Shown in pieces: positions 1 through 8,179 of a stretch of 64,000 nucleotides of DNA (its first letter is position 1; each line of letters begins with the position of its first letter). Source of the stretch: a virus (lineage: Duplodnaviria > Caudoviricetes); IMG/VR virus record IMGVR_UViG_3300017913_002143, positions 1 through 64,000 of that record, one strand, 5' to 3'. The translations under genes and the position numbers were made by a program. The notes beneath the pieces were generated by a model, which saw nothing but the letters and a program-made list of their open reading frames with translations, searched no databases and was not told where the DNA came from.

Positions 1-1
1 A

Positions 2-1024
2 ATGTCCAACTATATTGACGCAGTGGGTCAGGCATACAAAGAGATCCAAGAAAGAATGACACCAGCCCAAAAAGACGCAAAGGAAAAAAGCAGGGAAGGT
101 GGGAGAGAACATGGAGGCACGGCAGATAAACCCGGAAGCTCAGATAAATTTAAAAGAAATTATCACAAAGCTCAAAGGGGTGTTAGTGGTAAAGGGGACA
201 ATCGTAATACAATGAATATTTGGCAAAAACAACCTAAGACTGCAATGCAGGGTAATAAACCAAAGGGCAAGTTACCTGAGGAAAATGATGTTAATGAATC
301 AAAATTTATAATCCCTGAAGAGATTCCAGCAAACGAACGTACAGCATTTCATGGCGCAGCAGCTGCTGCAGCAAAGGCTGGTAAGAAGTCTTTCAGCTTC
401 AATGGTAAGACTCATCCAGTGACTATGGCTAAAGATACTGCTCATAAGATTGCTGATGATACTCAAAAAGAAGGTGCAATGGATTTCTCAAAGGACGCTT
501 ATAAGAGAGCGGCAGCTGGTAAGCAAAAGCAGGCAGAAGGCATGTACAAAGATTTGGATACAGAGAAGTCTGAACCAAACCCAAGGACCGATACAAAAGT
601 AAAAGCTGATACTAAGAAGCGCAAAGGTCCAAAGGATGAAGTTGAAATGAATCCAAAGATGGAAAAGGAAAAAGGTTCAATGGAACAGAAAGAGTCAGTT
701 GGCATCCGTCAAAAGTTGATGGCAGTCCTCGAGAACGATCGTGCAAAGCACTACAAAGGTGCTACTAAGCCAGATGAGCAGCCAATGGATCGTAATGCTT
801 CTGCAAAGAAGATGAAGGACGGTCATGGCGAACCAAAAGTAGATGACACAGAGACAAAAGGTCATGAGGATTCTAAGAAGGCAGGTCGTGCAGGTCCAGC
901 TCAAGCAAAGCCTCGTTCAGGTGGAGACAACATTAAGAATGGTGACACAAAGATTGTACCAGGTGGAACTCCTCTGAAGAAGACTATGGAAGCATACGAA
1001 GAAATGCAAAGGAAGGCTGACTAA
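2..1024 (+). CDS. Lys/Asp/Glu-rich hypothetical protein, probable internal head/prohead-associated protein (start may lie upstream of the window)
   Basis: 340 aa highly charged low-complexity ORF with xxE-S motifs (VNES, QKES) typical of gp21-processed head proteins of T4-like phages; function is inference. Confidence 0.45.
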   Translation: MSNYIDAVGQAYKEIQERMTPAQKDAKEKSREGGREHGGTADKPGSSDKFKRNYHKAQRGVSGKGDNRNTMNIWQKQPKTAMQGNKPKGKLPEENDVNESKFIIPEEIPANERTAFHGAAAAAAKAGKKSFSFNGKTHPVTMAKDTAHKIADDTQKEGAMDFSKDAYKRAAAGKQKQAEGMYKDLDTEKSEPNPRTDTKVKADTKKRKGPKDEVEMNPKMEKEKGSMEQKESVGIRQKLMAVLENDRAKHYKGATKPDEQPMDRNASAKKMKDGHGEPKVDDTETKGHEDSKKAGRAGPAQAKPRSGGDNIKNGDTKIVPGGTPLKKTMEAYEEMQRKAD

Positions 1025-1902
1025 TGAAAAAGTTCAAAGACATTCTCTCAAACGTCCAAGGTCTCCATGAGACTGCAGGCGCTATGGGTAAGGATCAGAA
1101 ATACAGTCAACCAGCTGAGTATGATCCAGACCATAAAGCTACCAAGCATTATGAAAAGCATGTCATGAACCACATTGCAAAGCATGAGAAGTCTGGTAAG
1201 TATAAAGTTAATCATAGCTTTGGCAATGGTGAGCATCAAGGTAAAAAGCATGCCAACCCAGATATTACTATGCATTATTCGGGTGATGCAGAAGGTAATT
1301 ATGATGCACACTCATATACAGTACATCATAAAGGTGCTGCTGCAAATGATAAGAAGTTGCATGCTAAACCAATGCACAACTTCAAAGAAAGTGTGGATGA
1401 AGTCATTGAAGGTATCAATGATCGTAAGATGACTGGGTTAGGTAAAACTCATGAAACAGAGTCTGGTACTGCAAAAATAACCAAGACTCACGTACACTTT
1501 GACAACTCAGGATACAAGCAGAAGTTCTCTCATAAAGAGATTGCACACATGGATAAGGGTGGAACAGTTCGTGGATTCAAACACGAAAAGGATAATCCAT
1601 ATCATGATCGCGATAATCATGTTTACTCTAATGGAGATGAGGAACACCATCTGCCAACCAAGCATAAGGTACCTGTCAAAGAAAGTCTGGATGAAGTTAT
1701 TGATTATGCAGAAATCCGCAAGCATTTGAAAAAGACTGGCAAAGGCGGTACAGTATCATATAAACACAATGACGGGTCAAAGAAGACAGGTACTTATGGT
1801 GGGCTTATGAATCGTGGCGGTAGATCATATGCTAAAGTTCACCATACTGGATCTGGAGGTGGAATGGCAATTGTTCCACTACCAAACATACATCATAAGT
1901 AA
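1024..1902 (+). CDS. His/Lys-rich multi-domain protein, probable internal head protein
   Basis: N-terminal MKKFKDIL...LHE resembles a capsid-targeting leader; domains separated by KESVDE and KESLDE; about 32 His in 292 aa (hand count). Confidence 0.5.
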   Translation: MKKFKDILSNVQGLHETAGAMGKDQKYSQPAEYDPDHKATKHYEKHVMNHIAKHEKSGKYKVNHSFGNGEHQGKKHANPDITMHYSGDAEGNYDAHSYTVHHKGAAANDKKLHAKPMHNFKESVDEVIEGINDRKMTGLGKTHETESGTAKITKTHVHFDNSGYKQKFSHKEIAHMDKGGTVRGFKHEKDNPYHDRDNHVYSNGDEEHHLPTKHKVPVKESLDEVIDYAEIRKHLKKTGKGGTVSYKHNDGSKKTGTYGGLMNRGGRSYAKVHHTGSGGGMAIVPLPNIHHK

Positions 1903-1912
1903 GGAGACTTAA

Positions 1913-2248
1913 ATGGCTATCACACCTCCCACATTTGCAAAAGATGCTATTCCAACCCCAGCAGGTTGGAGACATCCACGCACAGGTGAAATTTTAAAGT
2001 CAGGTAAAATTAAACAAACTGACATTGATGAGTATTATGAAGCAAAGACAGGTGCACCAGATCCAATGGTTCTGAGAGAAGCACCAGTGTCAACTGAAGA
2101 AGCAATTGAAGAATACTTCAGCGACTATTCAGATATGACAAAGTCTGAGCTAGTTGACTTTGCTGCAGAGTACAGCATTGATCTTGATATGAGTTTGACT
2201 AAAAATGAAATGATTGCGATCATGGAGGAATACGACCTCGAAGATTAA
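1913..2248 (+). CDS. Hypothetical protein with C-terminal Rho-N/HeH-like helical motif
   Basis: SD AAGGAG upstream; C-terminal DYSDMTKSELVDFAAEYSIDLDMSLTKNEMI matches the helix-extension-helix pattern. Confidence 0.5.
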   Translation: MAITPPTFAKDAIPTPAGWRHPRTGEILKSGKIKQTDIDEYYEAKTGAPDPMVLREAPVSTEEAIEEYFSDYSDMTKSELVDFAAEYSIDLDMSLTKNEMIAIMEEYDLED

Positions 2249-2249
2249 C

Positions 2250-2257
2250 TATATACT
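2250..2257 (+). promoter_or_regulatory. Variant late promoter TATATACT, 5 nt before ATG
   Basis: Same spacing to the start codon as TATAAATA upstream of gp2; no SD before the ATG at 2263. Confidence 0.35.
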
Positions 2258-2262
2258 TTGCT

Positions 2263-2634
2263 ATGAAAAATCTTGAAGATAATCTAACAGAGAGTAATAT
2301 TCTCCTATATGCTGCAAAGCATTATTATAATCCAACGTTTTCTGATATTGAAGAATTTCACGAAGACTTGAAAAGATTTAAATATATTAAGCGTTTGGCG
2401 AATCGTTATCTCAATGATGGTGTTTTGGCCGAGCGCTTAATTTTAAATCACTTGATTGTACTGTTTAATGTATTTGGTATAGAGCCAGCACTGAATATGC
2501 TGGAAGTAAAATTAGATAAGGATCATTGGCCTGTGATAAAACCATTTCTGATATTCTTGAAATACATTAGGAATGATCAACTAACTGGCATACAGATGGA
2601 TAACGACATAGTAGAGGTACTGAGGAAAATATAA
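2263..2634 (+). CDS. Conserved hypothetical protein of T4-like marine phages
   Basis: LYAAKHYYNP...EEFHEDLKRFKYIKRL...LILNHLIVLFNVFG recalled as a recurrent T4-like family. Confidence 0.6.
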   Translation: MKNLEDNLTESNILLYAAKHYYNPTFSDIEEFHEDLKRFKYIKRLANRYLNDGVLAERLILNHLIVLFNVFGIEPALNMLEVKLDKDHWPVIKPFLIFLKYIRNDQLTGIQMDNDIVEVLRKI

Positions 2635-3221
2635 TGGGATTAGTTAAAAGAGCTGCTGATCTTGCATTTACCTTTAGATTCATTCGTATGTTAGTAATGG
2701 ATTGGAAGGACTGGGATGCATACAAAGAAGGCATTATCAATGATGAAGGCAAGCGGGTCAAGGATGTTAAACTTGATACCGAGCAAAAGAAAAGCGCTTA
2801 TACTCCTTTTATTCGCCTCGCTGCTAATACTAAGCGGTTGCTCAATAAAGTACCAGGCGGTGGATCAAAACTTGGTTCTTTTGCTGCCGCTCTATTCCTT
2901 ATAAAGGAAAAATATAATCTTGAAGATCATAAGCTGTATGAGATTTGTGAGAAATGTGATATAGATTGCTTAGACTTCTTGAATGAACATAACCAGTGGT
3001 TTATGCTTCCAGATAAGATGATATCTCCCGGATTGTATAAGGTACGAGATTACAAAATAGTAAACACAACTTATGAAGAAGTTGTGCGTCCAAAAGACTC
3101 TATTAGAATATATGAAGATTGTTATCCTGTAGGTGATGTGTTTGGTCTTGACGTTTATAAAGGTGTGCATGTTAATACAAATCAACCTGTGTACTTTACA
3201 ATTAGTGAGATCTACAAATGA
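2634..3221 (+). CDS. Conserved hypothetical protein of T4-like phages
   Basis: AADLAFTFRFIRMLVMDWKDWDAYKEGIINDEGK motif; coupled to upstream ORF (TAATG). Confidence 0.6.
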   Translation: MGLVKRAADLAFTFRFIRMLVMDWKDWDAYKEGIINDEGKRVKDVKLDTEQKKSAYTPFIRLAANTKRLLNKVPGGGSKLGSFAAALFLIKEKYNLEDHKLYEICEKCDIDCLDFLNEHNQWFMLPDKMISPGLYKVRDYKIVNTTYEEVVRPKDSIRIYEDCYPVGDVFGLDVYKGVHVNTNQPVYFTISEIYK

Positions 3222-3685
3222 AGACATCAGATCTAATTAAGAAGAGTCATTCTAAGAGAGGTGCACCTGGTACTTTGAAAAGAAAAGTAAAAGGTAAGAT
3301 GACTATTGCAAAAGCAAAGGCTCTCAAGAATAGACCAGGAGCAACTACTATGGATAAGAAGCAAGCAAACTTTTTCATTAACATGCAACGTGCAAGAAAT
3401 GAACAAATAGAAAGTCTGTGGGCAAACATTCATGCTAAGAGACGTCGTGGAGAGAAGATGAGGAAGAAAGGTGAGAAGGGTGCACCTACTCCTGATCAAA
3501 TCAAACGTGCACAGCAGAAAGAGGATGTACCAGCAACAAGTACAGCCTCTATTCCTAATCCTGCAACAACTGCAATGGGTCCAAAGTTCAAAACTAGTCG
3601 TGTACATGATCGCCGTAAGAAGAAAGGTACACCACTATTGTTGAAACGCTTCCGTGACTACTATCAGGAAAAAGGAATTATGTAA
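3218..3685 (+). CDS. Basic hypothetical protein, possibly head-associated
   Basis: Lys/Arg-rich; ESLWANIHAKRRRG motif; ATGA overlap with upstream ORF. Confidence 0.5.
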   Translation: MKTSDLIKKSHSKRGAPGTLKRKVKGKMTIAKAKALKNRPGATTMDKKQANFFINMQRARNEQIESLWANIHAKRRRGEKMRKKGEKGAPTPDQIKRAQQKEDVPATSTASIPNPATTAMGPKFKTSRVHDRRKKKGTPLLLKRFRDYYQEKGIM

Positions 3686-5757
3686 TGAGCAAGATGAGGG
3701 ATATATCAAAATTCCTTGCTCGTACTGCAAAGGCTAATACAGATAATGTAAGGGTTAAGTTTGATGGTGAGCCTCGTACTGCTAGATTAATTACAAGTGC
3801 AGTAACTAATACTATCATTAGCGATATAACGGCAAACTATGAACTGACTCAGGATTCATTGGCAACTAGTTCACTAGTTGCTGGTGATATGACTCTTGTT
3901 GAATCTGCTTATGATGGTGCAAGATTGTATCTCTCAAATGGATCAGGCTGGTATAATGTTGCACTAGTAAACACAACACCATCCTTCAGCTTTGATGCAT
4001 CAACGTATACTCTTGATAGTGAAAACGATTCTGTCTTAATTACATTTAGCGATAGTGATTTTGATCAGACAAACTTGAAGGATGCTGTTATCAGCTTTCA
4101 GCCAGCTAACATTACAGACAGTGCTATTAACTCAAGTATAGTTGGTAACAATATAACACTTACTGTTCGTGATAGTGCATTAGGTACTTACAGCTTTCAG
4201 GTGTTGGGATCAATTAGTGATGGTATTGCCGTAGGCACAGATCAGGCAACTATCACACTGACACTTTTCACTTACACGCCTGACATGCAAGTTGTAAGTT
4301 CTTCGGGTGGTACTATAATAAATGTTGATAGTGATGTAGCGGGTGGTGCCTTTCAAGTAGCAAGTGGTGACACATTAAAAGATAGTACTGGCGCAATAAC
4401 AGCAACCGTTTCGTCTGCTACTTTCTTAGACAACACTCAACAAAGTCGAACCTTTGCTGGTAACACAGTAGGTACTGATGTAGGTTCAGGTAAGGTTGGA
4501 ATTCCAACAGGAAATCTTGATAGTAGTCATATAGGATGGGTGTGGAATTACAATAGCTCAAATACTACAGCTGCATCTAATTTTAGATCAGGTAATCAAT
4601 ATGGTGGACAAATTATATCTCACCTAAGTGAACAAGGTGCGGTGTGGGCTGCAAACACACAAGGTTTAAGTTCCATGTACATATATGGAGCAGTAGGTGG
4701 TTCTTATTATAGAAGTTATGCAGGAGTAGTCTGCACACAATATTCTTTAACCACAAACGGTGGCTCAACTAGAAAGGGAACTGTTCCTATAACGGCAACA
4801 AATAATTTTGAATCATTTTCTGCATATTCTGATGGCAAAAAATCAGGCACGGATGATTTTATTACAATGAAAGTTGATGGGTTAACAGCTTCTAACCAGG
4901 GAGTAAATTACAACTGGCCGGTTCCTTCATATACTTCAAACTGGACTGCTAGAAGTGTTGCCATTAGAGCTAATAATACATCTTCAATAGGTGGTGGCAC
5001 ATCTATGCAAACTTCTATGGTTTTAGATGGTAATCAAACAAGTAACTTCCCAGTAGGAGGTCTAGTACATATAGGTGAATCTGGATCTGCAAATGCTCCA
5101 ACAGCACAGGAAGTTTATGAAGGGAAGTTCTTTACAATTGTTATGACTTGTTTATTTAGTCAAAACCAAGGATCTGCTTTTAACATGAGTACATCGTATA
5201 GTGGAGGAACAGTAAGTAAGTGGTCAGGAGCAACAAATAGTTCTTATTATTTTGGGGTAAGGGCTAATTCAGGCCAAACTGGTATCATCTTAGCAGGTAA
5301 TATGGGATATACACAAAGTAGTCTTTACGGATCATCTTTGCAAACTAGTACCAGTGCAAATGGTATAAACCAAAGTGTTACTATGTATGTTCGCGCTGCA
5401 AATCTTTGTAATGAGGTTTATATCATATCTCCAGACTATCCTCTTTATAACAGCAATCATAATTTTACTACTTCTGGTTATGGTACAGATTTAAGACCAA
5501 GCTATTCCGAATGGTCCACAACAAATAATGTTAGTGGAGCTTCTTTTGGTACTAGTACTTATCCTATATACAAACAAACATCTAGTCCATATACACTGTT
5601 AGAATTAGATCCAAGTCCAGCAGGTGATGGCACTAATGTTAATATAGGAACATCAGTATATGGATCCTATGTTTGGAAAAACGAAACGAGTATTACAGTT
5701 GATGATAACACTGGGCTTACAACAACTGGAAAATTTTTAAAGTACACTGATGTATAG
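3685..5757 (+). CDS. Virion fibre/structural protein, Ser/Thr/Gly-rich
   Basis: 690 aa beta-rich composition; N-terminal module shared with next ORF (RDxxxxLxRTxxANTDNVR; RLYxSNGxGWYNVxLVN). Confidence 0.6.
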   Translation: MSKMRDISKFLARTAKANTDNVRVKFDGEPRTARLITSAVTNTIISDITANYELTQDSLATSSLVAGDMTLVESAYDGARLYLSNGSGWYNVALVNTTPSFSFDASTYTLDSENDSVLITFSDSDFDQTNLKDAVISFQPANITDSAINSSIVGNNITLTVRDSALGTYSFQVLGSISDGIAVGTDQATITLTLFTYTPDMQVVSSSGGTIINVDSDVAGGAFQVASGDTLKDSTGAITATVSSATFLDNTQQSRTFAGNTVGTDVGSGKVGIPTGNLDSSHIGWVWNYNSSNTTAASNFRSGNQYGGQIISHLSEQGAVWAANTQGLSSMYIYGAVGGSYYRSYAGVVCTQYSLTTNGGSTRKGTVPITATNNFESFSAYSDGKKSGTDDFITMKVDGLTASNQGVNYNWPVPSYTSNWTARSVAIRANNTSSIGGGTSMQTSMVLDGNQTSNFPVGGLVHIGESGSANAPTAQEVYEGKFFTIVMTCLFSQNQGSAFNMSTSYSGGTVSKWSGATNSSYYFGVRANSGQTGIILAGNMGYTQSSLYGSSLQTSTSANGINQSVTMYVRAANLCNEVYIISPDYPLYNSNHNFTTSGYGTDLRPSYSEWSTTNNVSGASFGTSTYPIYKQTSSPYTLLELDPSPAGDGTNVNIGTSVYGSYVWKNETSITVDDNTGLTTTGKFLKYTDV

Positions 5758-5766
5758 GAGACAATA

Positions 5767-7326
5767 ATGTCAAGGGCTAGAGACTTAGCAAGAATGCTTG
5801 GAAGAACGGAGGCAGCCAACACTGATAATGTTAGGTTGGTGTTTGGTAATGTTGTTGACTCCTCAACAGTAGATACAATTGCTCGAGATGCTGGTGCTGC
5901 TGTTGCATATTATTCAACTCTTGATTCACTTCCAGTTAGTAGTTTAACAGCTGGTGATCAGGCGTTTGTTGCGGCTAATAACCGTTTATACGTGAGTAAT
6001 GGTAACGGATGGTATAATGTATCACTTGTCAACCTATCGCCACAATTTGATAGTGACATTGATTCAACATTTACTATTACAGATTCAGCAACAGCACTTG
6101 TGATAACAAATCCAGCTTCTGATTCGGATAACCCTGATGCTATCATCTCATATGGTGGTACTATGTCTGACTCAGGTCAGTACCTTGTTGTACTGACTCG
6201 TGACTCATCCATATGGACATTCACTCCTCTATCTGCAGATAGTGTGTATAATAATGTTACACTTGGAAACATTCCAGATTCTAATGGTGGTGACTTTACA
6301 TATACCTTTACTGCATCAGATGGTATTAACCAAGCATCAAAAGAAGTAACAATCACATATACTGGTTTAGCAGCTGCTGTCTGGCAAGGTTCAAACTATG
6401 GATTTGTTGCTGGTGGTGATGCTGGTTCTTATGCAGCTAGAAATGATATTCAAAAATATTCTTTTGCGTCTGATGGTAATGCGACAGACGTTGGCGACTT
6501 AAATACTTCTAGAAGCCATGTTGCTGGTGGTGGTTCTACAACTCATGGGTATGCAATGGGGGGAAACACTAGTGGTAGTGGATTCAATGGTCCTTACATT
6601 CAGAGTATAGAAAAGTTTTCAATTACATCTGATGCCAATGCATCTGCAATTACTGCTACCTTAACAGCAAATAGAGTAGCTGCAAACATGGGTGAAGTAT
6701 CTGATAATCAGCGCGCAAACATTTATGTAGGTGGTGGATTTACTGGATCAACTGCTCCAGCATCAACAGCCCCACCCGATGCTACAATAGTTGCTACAAT
6801 AGACAAGTTTGATGTTTCTTCAGACACTACCAATGCAACAGATCAGGGTGATTTAAGCGAGACCAAATATGACCTAGCTGGCCATAGTTCATCAACGTAT
6901 GGATATTTTTCTAATGGTGGTCCAACCTCATCCACTGTTACTGATACTATTGAAAAGTTTCCTTTTGCAGCTACTGCAAATGTTAGTGATGTAGGTAATC
7001 TAACAGTTGGAAGAAGAGGAGGTGGTGGAACATCGTCATCAACTCATGGCTACTGCATAAGTAGTGTAACCCCCGCACCATCTAGATCTGTTATCGATAA
7101 GTTTTCGTTTGCATCTGATGGAGATGCAACAGACGTTGGTGATATAGTACAACCATTAGCTGAAGATATAACTACATCATCATCAACATCTAGTGGCTAC
7201 TATGCGGGTGCAGGTTATGTCAACACTTTCATTGAAAAACATTCCTTCACCTCAGATGCAAATGCAACGGCCGTTGGTTCTTTGAGGTTCAACTTGTATG
7301 GCCGTGGTGCTGGTGCACACAATTAA
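5767..7326 (+). CDS. Virion fibre protein with C-terminal six-repeat (Kelch-like propeller) domain
   Basis: Six repeats of K[F/Y]xFxSDxNATDVG[D/N]L-like sequence; N-terminus paralogous to upstream ORF. Confidence 0.65.
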   Translation: MSRARDLARMLGRTEAANTDNVRLVFGNVVDSSTVDTIARDAGAAVAYYSTLDSLPVSSLTAGDQAFVAANNRLYVSNGNGWYNVSLVNLSPQFDSDIDSTFTITDSATALVITNPASDSDNPDAIISYGGTMSDSGQYLVVLTRDSSIWTFTPLSADSVYNNVTLGNIPDSNGGDFTYTFTASDGINQASKEVTITYTGLAAAVWQGSNYGFVAGGDAGSYAARNDIQKYSFASDGNATDVGDLNTSRSHVAGGGSTTHGYAMGGNTSGSGFNGPYIQSIEKFSITSDANASAITATLTANRVAANMGEVSDNQRANIYVGGGFTGSTAPASTAPPDATIVATIDKFDVSSDTTNATDQGDLSETKYDLAGHSSSTYGYFSNGGPTSSTVTDTIEKFPFAATANVSDVGNLTVGRRGGGGTSSSTHGYCISSVTPAPSRSVIDKFSFASDGDATDVGDIVQPLAEDITTSSSTSSGYYAGAGYVNTFIEKHSFTSDANATAVGSLRFNLYGRGAGAHN

Positions 7327-7344
7327 TATTTTTAGGAGAACATT

Positions 7345-7803
7345 ATGTTATCAATATTAGGATCATTGCTTGGATTTGCAGGTTCTGCAGTTCCAGCAAT
7401 CACAGATTCGTTCGCTAAGAAAGCGGATCAAAAACATGAAATTGAAAAGATGAAAGTCATGGCTGAACTCAGAGCAAAAGGGTTTGACCATGATATGAAA
7501 ATGTATGAAGCAAAAGGTGCAGATGATGAGCACACACGTTTGATTCAACATGATATAAGTATTAACAAAGGCACAGGTATTATTTCTGGTTTACAGAAGT
7601 CTGTACGTCCAGTTATTACATATGCCTTCTTTGGTTTGTTTGCGGTGATTGAGATTACATTGTTAATGGAAGCCCTAGATAAAGGTACTGACTTTGCAGA
7701 AGCAATTCAGTTGCTGTGGGATGAAGATACAAAAGCTATCTTTGCTGCAATTATATCTTTTTGGTTTGGAAGTAGAGCAATTGAAAAAGCTAGGCGAAAG
7801 TGA
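7345..7803 (+). CDS. Membrane protein, holin-like (GTA 3TM holin type)
   Basis: SD AGGAG; RPVITYAFF...IISFWFGSR motifs with hydrophobic segments. Confidence 0.55.
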   Translation: MLSILGSLLGFAGSAVPAITDSFAKKADQKHEIEKMKVMAELRAKGFDHDMKMYEAKGADDEHTRLIQHDISINKGTGIISGLQKSVRPVITYAFFGLFAVIEITLLMEALDKGTDFAEAIQLLWDEDTKAIFAAIISFWFGSRAIEKARRK

Positions 7804-7889
7804 AACAGAACATTACGTTCGGGTAATAAAAGATCACGAAGCTCGTAGACTTAGCTTCAACGAGCGTATGGAGTATTGGAGAATATACA

Positions 7890-8096
7890 ATGAGAGAAAC
7901 ATTACTGAAGGCAGCCCTGTCACACGCACAGGGACACATCAACAAGCACTTAGCTAACATTGAAGTTTATATGGAACGTCCAGTAGGTGTGGGTGAACAT
8001 CCTGACATCATGGAAGCCATTGAAATGGAACTTGAGCAAGTTGCAAAGTATGATGACCAAATTGAAATGATTCAAAAATATTTTTTGAAAAAATAG
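7890..8096 (+). CDS. Small conserved hypothetical protein
   Basis: HLANIEVYMERPVGVGEHPDIMEAIE motif recalled from marine T4-like phages. Confidence 0.55.
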   Translation: MRETLLKAALSHAQGHINKHLANIEVYMERPVGVGEHPDIMEAIEMELEQVAKYDDQIEMIQKYFLKK

Positions 8097-8118
8097 TATG
8101 AATCCCGCGAAAACAGCG

Positions 8119-8147
8119 TTTACAAAAAAGCGTGTTTGATATATAAT
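8119..8147 (+). promoter_or_regulatory. Sigma70-type early/middle promoter
   Basis: TTTACA-17 bp-TATAAT upstream of the RNR gene. Confidence 0.7.
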
Positions 8148-8179
8148 ACTACAATCAAATTTAGAATTTCCAACAAAGG

